Shown: positions 38,460 through 51,051 of the stretch, one piece after another
Layout: each line of letters begins with the position of its first letter
Position numbering within the stretch: position 1 is the first letter of the stretch
Assembly: GCA_051047955.1 (NCBI GenBank)
Contig: JBPGPT010000009.1
Location: forward strand, 186,001-250,000
Source of the DNA: Cystobasidiomycetes sp. EMM_F5
Lineage: Eukaryota
Reading direction: 5' to 3'
Length of the DNA stretch: 64,000 nucleotides
Notes under the pieces: generated by a model
The model's input: only the letters and a program-made list of their open reading frames with translations
Told to the model about the DNA's origin: nothing
Databases searched by the model: none
Program-made: the position numbers and the translations under genes

Positions 38460-39413
38460 ATGTTACAAGCCTTCTTGCTGCGTCATTTCCACCGACACCC
38501 GAAAGCTATAATTCATCTAGACGCAGAAGAAAAGGGATTGCCAACGTGTCCTGATGGACATACACGATTCGTGCTTTTATCCGATACGCATACACGGACG
38601 TTTAAGGTCCCCGATGGCGACGTTCTGATTCACAGCGGAGATCTGACTGTCACCGGCACTATCGAACAATTGAAGATGACGATAGACTGGATCTGCAGCC
38701 TTCCCCATACGCACAAAGTAGTCATTGCCGGCAACGTATGAGTATTTCAATCCAAACATTGCCAAATCATCTGACGTAACTTTCTACAGCACGACTCGTG
38801 CTTACATCAAGAGTTCCTCCGCGAGAGTGGCAGCAACATTGCCGTATTTGATATGGCGAAGGAGGTTGTTAACAGCGCTGCAGCTCAGGCTGCGGGGCTC
38901 ATCTACCTGGAAGACGAGCTAGTCGAAGTTGAAATTCGACCTGATGGACGAAGGTGGCGCATCTTTGGCTCGCCGTGGTCTGCAGCCTTCTGTAAGATGG
39001 CTTTCAATGTCGAGCGAGGTGCCAAATCGGAAGGTGAGTGCTATCGTCATTGGCCTTCCATTCGCAATAGGCCGTATGCTAATGTAAAGCGTGTAACTTC
39101 AGAAATATACGCCAAAATCCCAGTTGATATTGATATTCTCGTGACCCACGGCCCGCCCTACGATATCTTCGACCGCACAAGTCGAAATATGAAGGTTGGG
39201 TGCGATAAGCTACTTCAGCGCAGTAAGGCGATCAAGCCGAAGTTGCATGTATGGGGTCACATACACGAAGCCAGAAACGCGAGACAGGACTGGAGAACTG
39301 GAACAGTCTACGTCAATGCCGCTAATGCTGGCGACCATGAGAAGCCGCGTGTCTGGGGGGTCCTCAGCCACCAACCTATCGTCATCGACATGCCGGACAC
39401 ACTTTCAGCATAG
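38460..39413 (+). CDS. Metallophosphoesterase (MPPED/239FB-like), copy 3
   Basis: LSDTH, IHSGDLT, IAGN|HD, VTHGPP, WGHIHE, YVNAA; same two intron positions. Confidence 0.92.
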
Positions 39414-39468
39414 ATGATTGAGCTACATTTACTACATGCGTGAAAGAATATGCTACATTTGTGCTTGT

Positions 39469-41374
39469 TTATGCCGCCGATGGCACTCCTTGTGCGGCCT
39501 GTGCGGCAGCCATCCTGCGTTTGATAAAGTCCCTACAAGGCATGTCTATCAGCTCAGTACTGCAGATGCATCTCTAAATATGTCTCACCTGATGGTAATA
39601 TGACCTTCCATGGTCACAAAGAATTTCCGAGTATTTGCTGCACCTTCCCAGAGGACGACGCCTAGTTGTTTGGCGTAATTGATGACGAGATCATAGTCGG
39701 CTTGCGTACGGAAGTCTTCATACAAGTATCCTTCATCGTCGTTTATTCTGTTCTTCTCAAGCTCCCACAATCGTATCTGATCTACGACTGTAGGGGGCAA
39801 TAGGGGAGTTTGCTTTCGCATCTGTGGGTGCGCATGCACTGTGAGATACGTGATAATTTGCTGTGCTGTGATGCCATTGGACAGCGCCGACTTGATGCTT
39901 TCACGAGTAATCATGCCCATCACGAGGTTTGGGAAGCGGGATCTCAGGGCGAGAAACAGATCGAGCACTGCAATTTGAAGCGGATTGGAGGTGTAGGCGT
40001 ACACGCGGTAGTTTGTCTCCAGCACGATAAAGCCTTGCTCTTGTACACTTGCGGCTGATCCATTGATGGAGGGTGCAGATGGAGCGCCATCGACTTTGGT
40101 CACTAAAGGCGGAGCGTTACTCGTAAGGGTAGTCGCCAGTCGAGTTGGGTAGAAGAAGTCGTCAAGTGACGCCTGTACATGATCCTGCAGGTTAACGGGC
40201 ACATCGTTTCCGCAAGAATAGCTCAGCCTACCGAAGGTGTATATATTAAGCCATAATCTCGCAAATCCTTAAGCATCGTCACTTGGCTGTCCGACAGATT
40301 GCGGACCGAGTATGCCTGTGATGACCCAGTTAGTAAGCACTATGTCCTGATCGGTGAGCCAGCTTACCCTTCCGAGCTCCAAGCTGCCCAACATGAAAAG
40401 CAAAGCTAGCACTTCGACAATATCCATGTCTTTCGCCTCGGCTGAGTGGAGATAACGCAAAAGAATGTCCCACAGCTGTGTATTGACATCTTCCAGCAGG
40501 AATTGAAACCCCTTGCTTGTAATCTTCAGGTTGCGAGCAGCGCTGTGGTCGTAGAGTATTCAACCAGATCCGCCGGATACATATATTCCCATTAAGCATG
40601 CCTACCTTCCGCTCATCAAACCCGAGTGCTTTAGCATATCGAGTACTGCATCAGTAGGTTTGGAAGTCCATGTCGACCCGACTAAAAAGTGAAGAATGGT
40701 CTGATTGAGAAGAGCTTACTTCAGCACGCGTATCTCCCTCTCCATGGCGAGCGCACATACCTCCCACGAAGCGTTTGCGTAATCGTCGAGAAAGTCGATA
40801 TCGACCGTTTGAGACTGTGTGCTTGGATCGATGGGCACACCAAACGAATTATGTGAGCCACCACCTGTGAGAGCACGCTTGACTGATTTTTGAAAGTTCT
40901 TGTTGAGGGCGACAGTTTGAAATGATTCGTCTGCAGCCGGCGTATCGTCGAGGACGTGCAAACGGCGGAGAGCTTGCAGAGCCAATTCCATCTGTCTGGG
41001 AGGGGCAATGAGGAGCGAGTATTGCGAGCAGTTTCGAGAAGAGCATCAAGAGTTCAACATGTATTACAGAGTACAGAGAGGTGTAAAAGCACACACCGCT
41101 TTCCCTCGCTTCTTCGACTAAACCAGCTCTCAAGATCTTTGAGCAGTATAGTGTCGATCCACAGCAGATTCATGACGATATGCCTCGCCAGCATTGGGAG
41201 GAGTCGAAAGATGGCCAGCGCACTGGATGGTGACGCATACAGCCTGGCGAGGGGGGCACCTGGCAGACGGTCGAGGTACGAGTAGATTGCAGCGCTCGAT
41301 GCTGTCTCGCCCAGTCCTGCCTGCTTTGGCCCGGCCAGCGGGACTGTGAGCGCTACCCAAGCGCTCGAAGCCAT
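39469..41374 (-). CDS. TFB2: TFIIH core subunit Tfb2/p52
   Basis: RLYASPSSALAIFRLLP, ITSKGFQFLL, FYPTRLATTL, FIVLETNYRVYAYT, LPPTVVDQIRLWELE. Confidence 0.96.
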
Positions 41375-41833
41375 CGTTACGAAAACCTGTCTATGAATGC
41401 GTCTCAATAGTCAGCGCAATCCTCCAACACGCGTGCAGTGATAGAATTTGAAGGAAAATTGTGGGTGATCAGCCTGACGTGCAAACAAGTAGGCCTCAAC
41501 AGCGGGCCAGCGCCGTCAAGCGCATAGCCGTTATGTAGTCTAACATGCTAAAGTTTTCGGTATATTGTGTTCATCGTATCGGGAGGTGAGAGGTTAAAAG
41601 CAGGCAAACCAATAGACTGAGACTCACGGCGAAAGCAGGCTCTCAGCTAGGACAGCAGTTGCTCAGCAGTCATGTGTGTGCCGTTTCGTGCTGAGTTGTA
41701 GTCTGACCATCGTGGTGCAGATCTGTCCACTGATCCGAGTCCATTTCTAAGACTGAATATCTCGATCATCCTCTGTTTACGCGAGGTAAGTCACTATATC
41801 CCCTACATTGTAATCAAACACTACCATGCTTCT

Positions 41834-43431
41834 ATGGCTACCTTTCCCATCCTCAAGACCCCAGACATTGTCGTGTCCCTCGCCGACTGGGGCCTCCAGC
41901 TATCTGCCGACGACGTCGACCGACCAACCTCGGCGCGTTGCATTACAGCCTACGTCTACTTTTTAAACGACCTGACAGGCCTGTCGGTCGAGGATACCAA
42001 AAAGGCAAGCCAGGAATGGCTTGAGACAGCCTTTGACGAAGCGGGCGCGGGGGAACTCGAGATGATGCAGGATGCCGTGCATACGGGTGTACTCTGGGAG
42101 ACCCTGTAGGTTGAACTGCGCGATTCATACACTACATCCACCTCATACAAATCCTCGCCGCAGGTCACAACTCATGAGATGGGCTCTGATTGATGACTTC
42201 ACAATACGCGATATCCGAGATCCACAGGCTGGACGCGTCCGGCGGATACTGAGCGCCCTCATCAACTTTCGACTCTTTGAGCAGGAGCAGACTGACCTCA
42301 TCGTAAGTCTCGAGGACGCCTATGACCGAGACGACGAGGCGCGCCAGAAGACGGCAATGGAGATACTGGACTGGCAGAAACGGATAGCTGAAAAGGAAGC
42401 TCAACTACGCCAAGAAGCAGACGAGGTTGTGCAACTCCAAAAGGAGAATGCTGAACGTAGGCAGCGTCTTATACGCGCCAAAGAGATGGAGGAACCCGCA
42501 CTCGCTCGCATCGAGCAAGGTAAGCGGGAGAGAGCAACTCTGCAGGAAAAGACGGAAAATGTCACAATGGCCCTAAAGCAACACGACAGCGAGATATCGA
42601 GACTGCGAAGTCGAGTCGTCCAGAGTCCAGATCGGGTTCGCCAGACCCTGAACGACATGGCTTCTTCCCTGCAATCGCTCAAAGACGAGCTCCTCGAGAC
42701 TGACCGGAAAGGGCGGGAGCATGAAAGTCGGATACAGGTTGCAAAGAAGTACGAACAGGTGTGCTCGTAAAGTCCTGCCCGACATTACCTTTTCTATTTT
42801 CTAACCCAACAAGCAGGATATCACGTCCGTCATTCGCTTATTGGATGAGTGGTCTGCCGAGATACAGCGTGTCTCACAGACATCCTCTCGCTTATCACAG
42901 CTGACGGAAGAACGGGACGGGAGTATGGAAAATTTCAGAGAACTCGATCTCCGCTTGCAGCAGCTAGAGAGGCGGACAACGTCTACGCAAGATGCGCTAG
43001 CAAAGCATGAATCGGTCGCGACATCCAAGAAGGCTGATGTCAGGACGCGTATGGCTCGCTTGCAAGATACATACCATACCATCATGCAGGAGCGGGAAGG
43101 CATACAAGCTGAAGTCGACCAGAAACTCAAGGAAACGAGGGCCGTCGTGGAAGCTATCACTGATCTCCTCAAGAACACTGAAGCAGAAATGTCGCAGGCC
43201 GAGGCGGCATACAAAGACTTGCGGACGGATGTTTGTACGCGAAGATTCAATTCTCGGAGGCGTTACAAGACAGAACAGCTGACATAATGATTCCCCGCGC
43301 GCGTAGTGACGTATTCGGCAAAGTAGCTTCTCCTACGTTTAAGTCTTTGATCACGCTTACGATCTTCAAACAGGCTGAACACCGCTCTCGATAGTTTGAG
43401 GGTGGTACTCGTGACGGAGCAGAGTGTATAA
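41834..43431 (+). CDS. NUF2: Kinetochore Ndc80-complex subunit Nuf2
   Basis: FPILKTPDI, DFTIRDIRDPQAGRVRRILSALINFRLF, RVVQSPDRV, long coiled coil. Confidence 0.9.
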
Positions 43432-43573
43432 ATGTGCGATACTCGTCAAGCATATTAGAGTAATAGCAGTATGTAGCAAGATGTCGTTGTATTAGTATTT
43501 TCTATTCACCTGTCGCTAGCAATATGTCATCCGGGTTGGCGACCGCCGACAATCAATCAATCTGATCCCAACC

Positions 43574-44711
43574 ATGCCGGCGCCGAGGTTTCTGCGTAAC
43601 GTCTTAGCGACGTTTCCGTTACTCGAATACGATGAGCAAGTTGTTGAAACGCTAGGCGACAGCGAGTATCCTGCGTATCCATCGGCTCCGACATTATGGA
43701 CATATGGACCCGGCATCAACGAAGAACGGGAGAGTTTCGACCTGGCTTGCCTCAAAGCACAAGCTGAGGCTGCCTTTCGAGGACTCCAGTTGCAGACAAG
43801 GTGTTTGCAAGTTGCAGAGGGTGCTCCGGGCGGTACGCTTTGAGAAACGGAATGTAGCATCCACGGGCTGATTCTGATGTTCGATAACTGCAGGCGAGCT
43901 CCCAGCATTACACTTACCTAATGGCGACTTGATTGCTGCAGCCGGCATATCGGCGTGGACCGAAAAGAATGGTCCGAACGCATCATCCTCCGGTAACAAT
44001 GCGAAAGACATCAAAGAGGGGTATGCCCTGAGCGATGAAGAGAAGACACAGAGGGAGAACACGATTCTTCAATCACGGACGTATTGCAACCTTATACAGT
44101 CGAAATTGCAGCCAGCCCTTGTGAGATCTATCACAGCTGTCATGCGTTGACAGCGTCTTCTGACTGGCATACCTTGACAGCTCGCCCATCTCTTTCTCAA
44201 CCCCACTGTCTTTTCCAGCTTGACGACGACACTGTATCATCCGCAAACGATTCCATTCTCGACTCCAAAAGCTGCTGTAGCTCCAATATTGACACGATAT
44301 GCTCACGGGGCACTCGCAAAAGCCAGGAAGTTGGAAGTACAGGCAGAGATACAGAAGCTGCTGAATCAAAAGCCTGGTTGGAGGACACAGATAGATCTCG
44401 AGCAGATCCAGCAAGGCGGGGAAGAGACGATGGACCTGCTGGCGGAGAAATTGGCAAATCAAGGTACAGGCTGGTTCTTCGGCTCTGAGTAAGTTTCACC
44501 GCGCATATCGGGAGTGAGAATCTGATGGATATCCCGCTCGTCCAGGAACGCAACACCTCTTGACGCTGTCTTGTATGCACACCTACACCTTATACATCGA
44601 TTGCATGCGCCGCAGTTGGGAGCGCCGAGTCCACTTCGACGAAAATTGGAAAAACACCCTAATCTTCTGCAATGGGCTAAGCGTCTTCATCAAGAATATT
44701 TCACAGCGTAG
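43574..44711 (+). CDS. SAM35: Metaxin/Sam35-like mitochondrial SAM-complex subunit
   Basis: LATFPLLEY, SFDLACLKAQAEAAF, APGG|ELPALHL, WFFGSE|NATPLDAVLYAHLH (GST-like metaxin pattern). Confidence 0.75.
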
Positions 44712-44832
44712 ACCGTATTTTGCGAGGTTCGAAACGGTCGACATACATGAGATCGGCCTCGAAATTCTGCCTACTCTCGCTTGTTGTACAGATTATACTT
44801 GTTGACAACAATCTTTTGCTTTGCCCAACTGC

Positions 44833-45978
44833 TTATGCCATCCGACTGCGCTTGCTCAAACCCGATCTCACATACTCTCCCGGCGGTTCAGACTCCCCGC
44901 AGACCCAGTGTGCATCTCTGACTAGAACATCGTACCACCACTTGACAATGGGTATAGTGGACGCATGCCATAGAGCGTGCGCGTCCAGTGCCCTTCCTAT
45001 AGGTGCGAAATCCAACAACTCGAATGCCATCGCAACTGATAACAGCGTAAGGACTGCTGCCGGCTGCCAGTAGTGCGGGGCTCGCAGACCGCTGTCGTGT
45101 GGATCGTTAGATAGAGGTCGCGTCGTGACCAGCATGCGTTTTGGTGATATGCGTGCAAAGTAGTGGTACGCCGACCAAGCGTACCACAATGCATTGTGAA
45201 ACAAACCGATAAAAACGTTGAATGCCATGTTGTAGCCATAATCGAATGTGCCGAAGGTGAGGTATGAGACGTGGCATACGAAAATAATTGCGAGAGAACA
45301 TCCCAATGCTGTGCGAAGTATGCTGCGGTGGTTCTGCGGCTTTGGCTGACCTGGAGGTGTATAGATGCCCCCTATACGGACGATTGCCAGGTACAGGTTG
45401 CACAACATGGAGAGGGCAGCCGAAAAGTAGTCGAGCTTTTCCGTCCAGGGTTTGTCCCGAGTGTGAAAGATGCTTGACCAGAACCACAGATTTATGCCAG
45501 CGAGCGGCAGTATCTGATAGATATCCGACAGCGGTTTTGGGAAATTTGTCGGCAAGCGTCTAGCCATGGTGAGACCGTATCGGCAGTGCATGTACATATT
45601 TCCCAACGAGAAGAAGACGGAGAATGGCTCTTGTATGCCCATTAAGCGGTAGAAGGGCCATTTGCCGTGATACTGAACAATTCTGGGTGGCAGTCCGTCC
45701 AAAGCTCGCACTCGTTCATCAAAAGGCATCTTTGCGTCAACGGCGGCATTTGTAAGGTTGTGCACGCAGTGATACGAGCAGTCGTCCTTGCATGTCCAGA
45801 ATGTCCATCGCAGCGTCACAGGCAGCTGCGGTTTTGCCGAACATACGTCGTTCAAACAGGTGCCCAGACATAACCTGTACGCTGGCGAGCGGTCACCGAC
45901 GGAAGCGTGTACATTCTCGACGGCGACGAAACATGCGACCAGTACTGGAACTGTCGCCAGGTAGGCGGTCCAGCGCAT
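44833..45978 (-). CDS. PER1: Per1/PGAP3 GPI-remodelling phospholipase (single exon)
   Basis: Signal peptide then ASVGD; WTCKDDCSYHC, QYHGKWPFYR, QEPFSVFFS, SSIFHTRD, TEKLDYF, DAHALWH. Confidence 0.95.
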   Translation of the reverse strand: MRWTAYLATVPVLVACFVAVENVHASVGDRSPAYRLCLGTCLNDVCSAKPQLPVTLRWTFWTCKDDCSYHCVHNLTNAAVDAKMPFDERVRALDGLPPRIVQYHGKWPFYRLMGIQEPFSVFFSLGNMYMHCRYGLTMARRLPTNFPKPLSDIYQILPLAGINLWFWSSIFHTRDKPWTEKLDYFSAALSMLCNLYLAIVRIGGIYTPPGQPKPQNHRSILRTALGCSLAIIFVCHVSYLTFGTFDYGYNMAFNVFIGLFHNALWYAWSAYHYFARISPKRMLVTTRPLSNDPHDSGLRAPHYWQPAAVLTLLSVAMAFELLDFAPIGRALDAHALWHASTIPIVKWWYDVLVRDAHWVCGESEPPGEYVRSGLSKRSRMA

Positions 45979-46086
45979 CGAATGGACCCAGTAATCAGGC
46001 CAAGGCAAAGAGCGACCGAATTGGCTTGCCGGTATTCATCGGGTTGCTTTCGAACTATCGACTGAACAATTCTGTATATCGCTACG

Positions 46087-46485
46087 ATGGGGCTGCTTGA
46101 CTTCTTCTCGTCACCAAGTGACTCTCCAGCCAGCTCGAGGGCTGTTTCTCCGTCTGCCGGCTCGCTCAGAGAGACTCCTCAGTCATCAACCGAAGCAGTC
46201 GTCAAGGCTTCTGTCAACCCGTTAATATCGGAGAAGAATCCACAAGGCATTAAGCCGTAAGGCGCATTCTGGCGTAGAACAATATGGTCTGGAAGCTGAA
46301 CGGTGATGCCTTCACCTTCTGTATTTTGCAGATGCTGCGCTTGCCCTGAAACAAAGAAACTCCGAGACGATTGCTTTCTCAAGTACGGCAGTAACCTGGA
46401 CGAGGACGGTGACAGCGCGAACAAGTGCAAGGATATAGTACAACGCCATCGAGAATGCATGCGAGGTTTCGGATTCAACGTGTGA
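46087..46485 (+). CDS. COX17: Cytochrome c oxidase copper chaperone Cox17
   Basis: KP|CCACPETKKLRDDC...KCKDIVQRHRECMRGFGF (CC plus twin CX9C); one intron. Confidence 0.95.
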
Positions 46486-47028
46486 AACTGTGGCGATGAT
46501 TGTGCGTACATATATAATCTAGCTCTCGAACACTGTACTGACTCAAGATTCACCCTTTGACCAGACTGCGTCGTGTAGCATAGATCTTGACAGACCCCAT
46601 AATCCCAGCTCCTCTGCTAAGAAAATGCATTGCTCGTATTTTTGTGGCTAACTGACGCCATCGGGCATTGCGAGGGTGCGTCCAGATCAAAGCCTCATGG
46701 ACGATGTGCTCGAAAATCTATCATCTTCCACGACCTCACCGTGCACCCCTCGCGAGCTCGGGAGAGGTCCGTCTCGTACATGACTCAAGGCGATGCAGAT
46801 GGCAATCAACGCAACGAGGTCTTCACCATGTGACAATCCATCATTCGCTTGCGGGTGGCTGGCAGGCACTCTGTCTAGAGCATAACAGGGCTTTGACGCT
46901 GACGCCGGAACAGATGCGACGTGCCTTTGTTTGCGTACTGTACTGACATCCATACTTCTATATCGCCTTACCTGTGTGTCGACTACAGGACAGACGAGAC
47001 TAGCCCGTCATACTGCTTCATACAGCGA

Positions 47029-47731
47029 ATGCGGTCTCTATGGCGTCTCCAGCCTGGGCTTACGCTTTTGGCCTTTGCGTGGCAGTGCCATGCTACCAAG
47101 TAGGCTCTCACTGCAAGCCGATGCACGACACCATGCTGACTGGATAAGTCTGCCGCAGCCTGACAGCGAGCGTTGACTACGGGTTCGGTCCGTTATGGAT
47201 TAATCTGAACGAAACGGGCAATGCGCTATCACGATGCGATATTGTGCATTTCCAGTTTGGCGGGGGATTAGCTCCATACACGCTGGGTATGTTTGTTGTG
47301 TCAGCACTGTTAATTTGAAAAGGCTACTCAGCTGACACAACATTCTTAACACCAGCTGCCGTCAATGCTGGAAACAAGTCGACCGACATCAAGCTCGATG
47401 ACAAGACGAGTGCGAGCTGGCAAGTGGCAGTAGCCAAAGGGTCGCATGTAGCATTCAATATGACGTGAGTGGCCCAAGCCCGATGTTTGAAAGTTGTCTA
47501 TGTTGACACGTTCTCGCCTTGGCTCGCATGCCCAGAGATCGAGCCGGAGCGAACCTTCAGACCACCTTCTTCGATGTGCAAGGATCGGATGCTGATTCTT
47601 GTGCAAACAGCACAGAGTATACGGCCACTCCTACCGGACAAACCTCCAAAGCACGACAAACGGAAATAGCTTCGACTGCCGTTGTAGGCCTCGCTGTACT
47701 GTTAGCAATTGCACTTCTTGTAGTGTTATGA
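47029..47731 (+). CDS. Small secreted, probably membrane/GPI-anchored protein (4 exons)
   Basis: Signal-like N-terminus LTLLAFAWQCHA; RCDIVHFQFGGGLAPYTL...SWQVAV...GSDADSC; hydrophobic tail VVGLAVLLAIALLVVL. Confidence 0.7.
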
Positions 47732-47885
47732 AGTATGTGTTCTTAATGGATGCAGGTCATCTCTCTGAATCTGGACATTCTGGAGCAGGTTATAAACTTG
47801 AGTGAGGTTGCTGCTTGGACTTGAGCAAACCAACATTATGGGAGTCGAAAAGGCTTGCAGCTGCGTGTGTATATGTGCGCCAATC

Positions 47886-48669
47886 ATGAACGGCATAACG
47901 AGTCGGTCGGTGCCACGTATCCATACAAGAGCTGCATCAAGCAGCGTTCATCCTGTACGACCAGCTCGAGGCTGGAGTCTACCCGATTTCCAGCGGGCGA
48001 AAAGAGCGATAGATCTGCCAGCTCCAAGGGTACAGCGCTTCGAGAACAAGGTATGGCGTCTTGGTATCAAATGGTGAACCTTTGGCGCTGATAAGAACGA
48101 TTCGCCAGGTCGCACTGCCAAATGACGGAAGATTGACGCTGTATACTGTCGCTCCTCGAGGCAACATTGTCGTATCCAGAGACACATCCAATCATCCACT
48201 GTGGGCGTTCCCCAGCAAGGGCAAAGGCGGACGTGATGCCTCGCAAGACGAAGATGGCGGCGGTCGAATGGGCAAATTTGCCAGACGATATGGGCAACAG
48301 CAGGCGCAGCAGGCAGCTCAGGTTGCAAACGTAGCAGATGCACCAGCACCTCCGTCGGCTAAGCGTATACAAGCGAGCATATCCGAAGGCCAAGAGGCCG
48401 CTACGAGAGCCATGCAATCTGCGAGCGGGGCCGACGTCGCTGGAGCAACCGGTACAGGAGCGGCTGCGGCTGAGCAGATAGTCACAGAGGCTGCTGCGAC
48501 TGCAACGACGAAGCCTACAAGTGCTCAGGAAGCAGCCGCTGATAATGACAATCCGATGGACATGTTTGATCTCACGCTGGACGGGGAAGTCGTCGAGGAG
48601 CCTAAGCACAAGGTCGTAGAAGGCGGCAAGGCAGAGAAAGGAAAGGGCAAGAAGGGAGGGAAGCGGTAG
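47886..48669 (+). CDS. MRPL36: Mitochondrial ribosomal protein bL31m (MrpL36-like)
   Basis: Arg/Ser-rich presequence; FENK|VALPNDGRLTLYTVAPR...SRDTSNHPLW...GRMGKFARRYG. Confidence 0.7.
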
Positions 48670-48765
48670 ATGGCATGGCTAGAGCGGTTTAAGTGTTGTC
48701 TTTGTCAACTTGTGCAATCTGCGCGTAACCAAGCTCGACTCTGCTCGAAACTCAACCAATGCGAC

Positions 48766-51051
48766 ATGTCTGGATTGTATGCTGGCATTACCTTCAGCAA
48801 CACTAGCGCTGCCCCTGCCGATACTGCAGCCCATGCGCGCCATGCTACAGCTGTGACTGCTGCATCCTTAAATGATAGCGGCAGCGCCGTGTCGCAAACG
48901 CTGGCTCAATCGCTCGACGAAGCAAACAGATATGCCGCAGAGCAGGCAGAGATATCCGCAAGAGAGGCCGCAGAGAAGGAGAAGCGCGCAGCCCTGGCGT
49001 TTGGGCCAATCCGACGGAAACCGGTAGCAAAGGCCAAACCTGCAACTTCTGCCAGCGTTACGATTGTCGGGGCGCCATCGCTGTATGAAGCTCCCAGCGC
49101 TGCGCCTGTCGCAGGTCCGTCTGCTGCGGCGAGTACCGCTGGCGGTCTCACCGGAAGAACGCTGATTGCACCTCCGAGCATGACGCTCGACGAAGACGAT
49201 GTCAACGGGTTCAAAGCCACCAGCGCGGGCAAGAAGGCAAACAAGAAGAGAAAGGGCAAAAAGAGGAAAGAAGATGACCCAGCTTTGGCATGGACGGCCG
49301 AGTACGACCCCTCACGACCGACCGATTATGTAGCATACTTCTGCTCGTACTTTTTCGGAGACGTGATGGGCTGACGTTTAATCAACGCATCAGAATGAGT
49401 ACAAGCTGTACTCTCGGATTGCCCGCACCCAACGCCGCGAGGCATTGCAGCGCGAACGCGAGCGACAGAGACGAATACAAGCTGGTCATGGCGGACAGAG
49501 TGGTTCTGCATCTGAATACAGCGACAGCGACGATGATTCTGACACGGAGCGTAGACGCCGGATAGCCAAGGCGAATAGTAAGTCGCGTGCCTGAACTTTT
49601 CTGAACGATCTGATATCTTTATACCTTTGTCTAGACCGCTTCTTCGCGCCGCCTACATCGTACGGTGATGATAAAGCAAGCGAGAGTCCGGCAATTTCGG
49701 TCGACATAACTGAGGGGAATCACCTTTCGGAGTCACAGGCAGCGGATGCTGACGAATCGCCAGTGGTCCTGTCTGAACCGCAAGACGACGGCTGGTCTGC
49801 CTGGTTTGCGGCTCCAGTGAAGGATGATGATCCGTATGCTCGACGACTGGCACTGTCTTCCCATTCGAACGTTGCCAGCTCGGTCAAGCACCCACAAACT
49901 AGCTCGTCAAACGAAGCAGTCAGCATGCTACACGAACGAACGCAAATATCTGCTCCTACATTTGAGGTGCCGCATAGTCATCAGGACGATGTCAAGGATT
50001 ACGGCAGTAGCTCCTCGTCTCCGGCACCACCACCCGTACCTTCCGTGTTTAATCCTCTCATTCAGTCCAGACAAACAGGGTCCACTCAACAAATAGCCGA
50101 ATCGGCCTGGCAATCCCCTGTCACGAATTTGAATCCGTCTACGCATCACGTACAGTCTCACCACAATGTATTTGATCACTCGGTACCATCAGTGTCCCCT
50201 ACTCCGCCAGTACCTTCAGCAGCTGGCATATCTGTTGAGGAAGCGCAAGCCAAGGCAAAGGCTATTGCTGCAAGACTTGCGGCTTTCGGCAAGCTTGGCG
50301 CGCCTCTGCCGACCTCAGCGCCCCCTTCCGCTCCTGCTTATAGTATGCCTCCGATTCCTGGTTTGGACGAACCAATACCAGGTTTAGACTCACCTGCTGA
50401 TAGTACACCGAAGGTGCCGTCGGTGTAAGTTTGTCATGGTAAAAGAGGTTTGGCTTCAATGCTGAAATTTTAGGATACAGCGCGCCGGAAAATTTCGCAG
50501 CCAGCATGATGGCAAAGTATGGGTGGAGCAAGGGGCAAGGTCTGGGAGCAACGTCACAGGGCATGCTCAATCCTCTCGCTTTGTCTGGTCCTGGCGGCGA
50601 GGGTACCAGCAAGAAGAGCAAAAGCAGCATCCAGCAAGCAGCGCAGCCGAATACAAAATTAGCTAAAGTCACTGGTATGTCGACGGTGAAGGGTCGAATA
50701 GTCTCTGATCTGCGAGCCGATAAAGAGCGGACGGAGAAGGAAAAGTACGGGGAACCCACGCGAATCGTATGCTTGAGCAATATTGTCGGGCGGGACGAAG
50801 TCGACGATGATGTTGCGCTTGATGTCGGTGAAGAGGCTCGAAAGCACGGCGTCCTGGAGCGATGCTTTGTGCACATGATGCCGAACTGGTCAGCCGAAGA
50901 CGACTCTGTTAGAGTCTTTCTCGTCTACTCTGGGCTCGTCGGCGCTTGGAAAGCGGTCAAAGAGTTTGATGGACGATACTTTGGCGGGCGGACCGTCAAG
51001 GCTCGTTTCTATGATGAGAAGGCGGCGATAGCTGGAACGCTTCATCTCTAA
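48766..51051 (+). CDS. SPF45: Splicing factor SPF45/RBM17 (SF45 motif, G-patch, UHM)
   Basis: MSGLYAGI start; YDPSRPTDY|NEYK; G-patch MMAKYGWSKGQGLG; UHM with FDGRYFGGRTVKARFY. Confidence 0.9.

Noticed and set aside
41425..41790. ACGCGT/ACGCGA (MCB-like) sites upstream of NUF2/TFB2, and ACGCGT near 3150
   Set aside because: Isolated hexamers at this GC content are expected by chance; not supportable without conservation data.
46087..46250. Cox17 N-terminal extension starting MGLLDF as a myristoylation signal
   Set aside because: No Ser/Thr at the consensus position, and Cox17 N-termini are variable.
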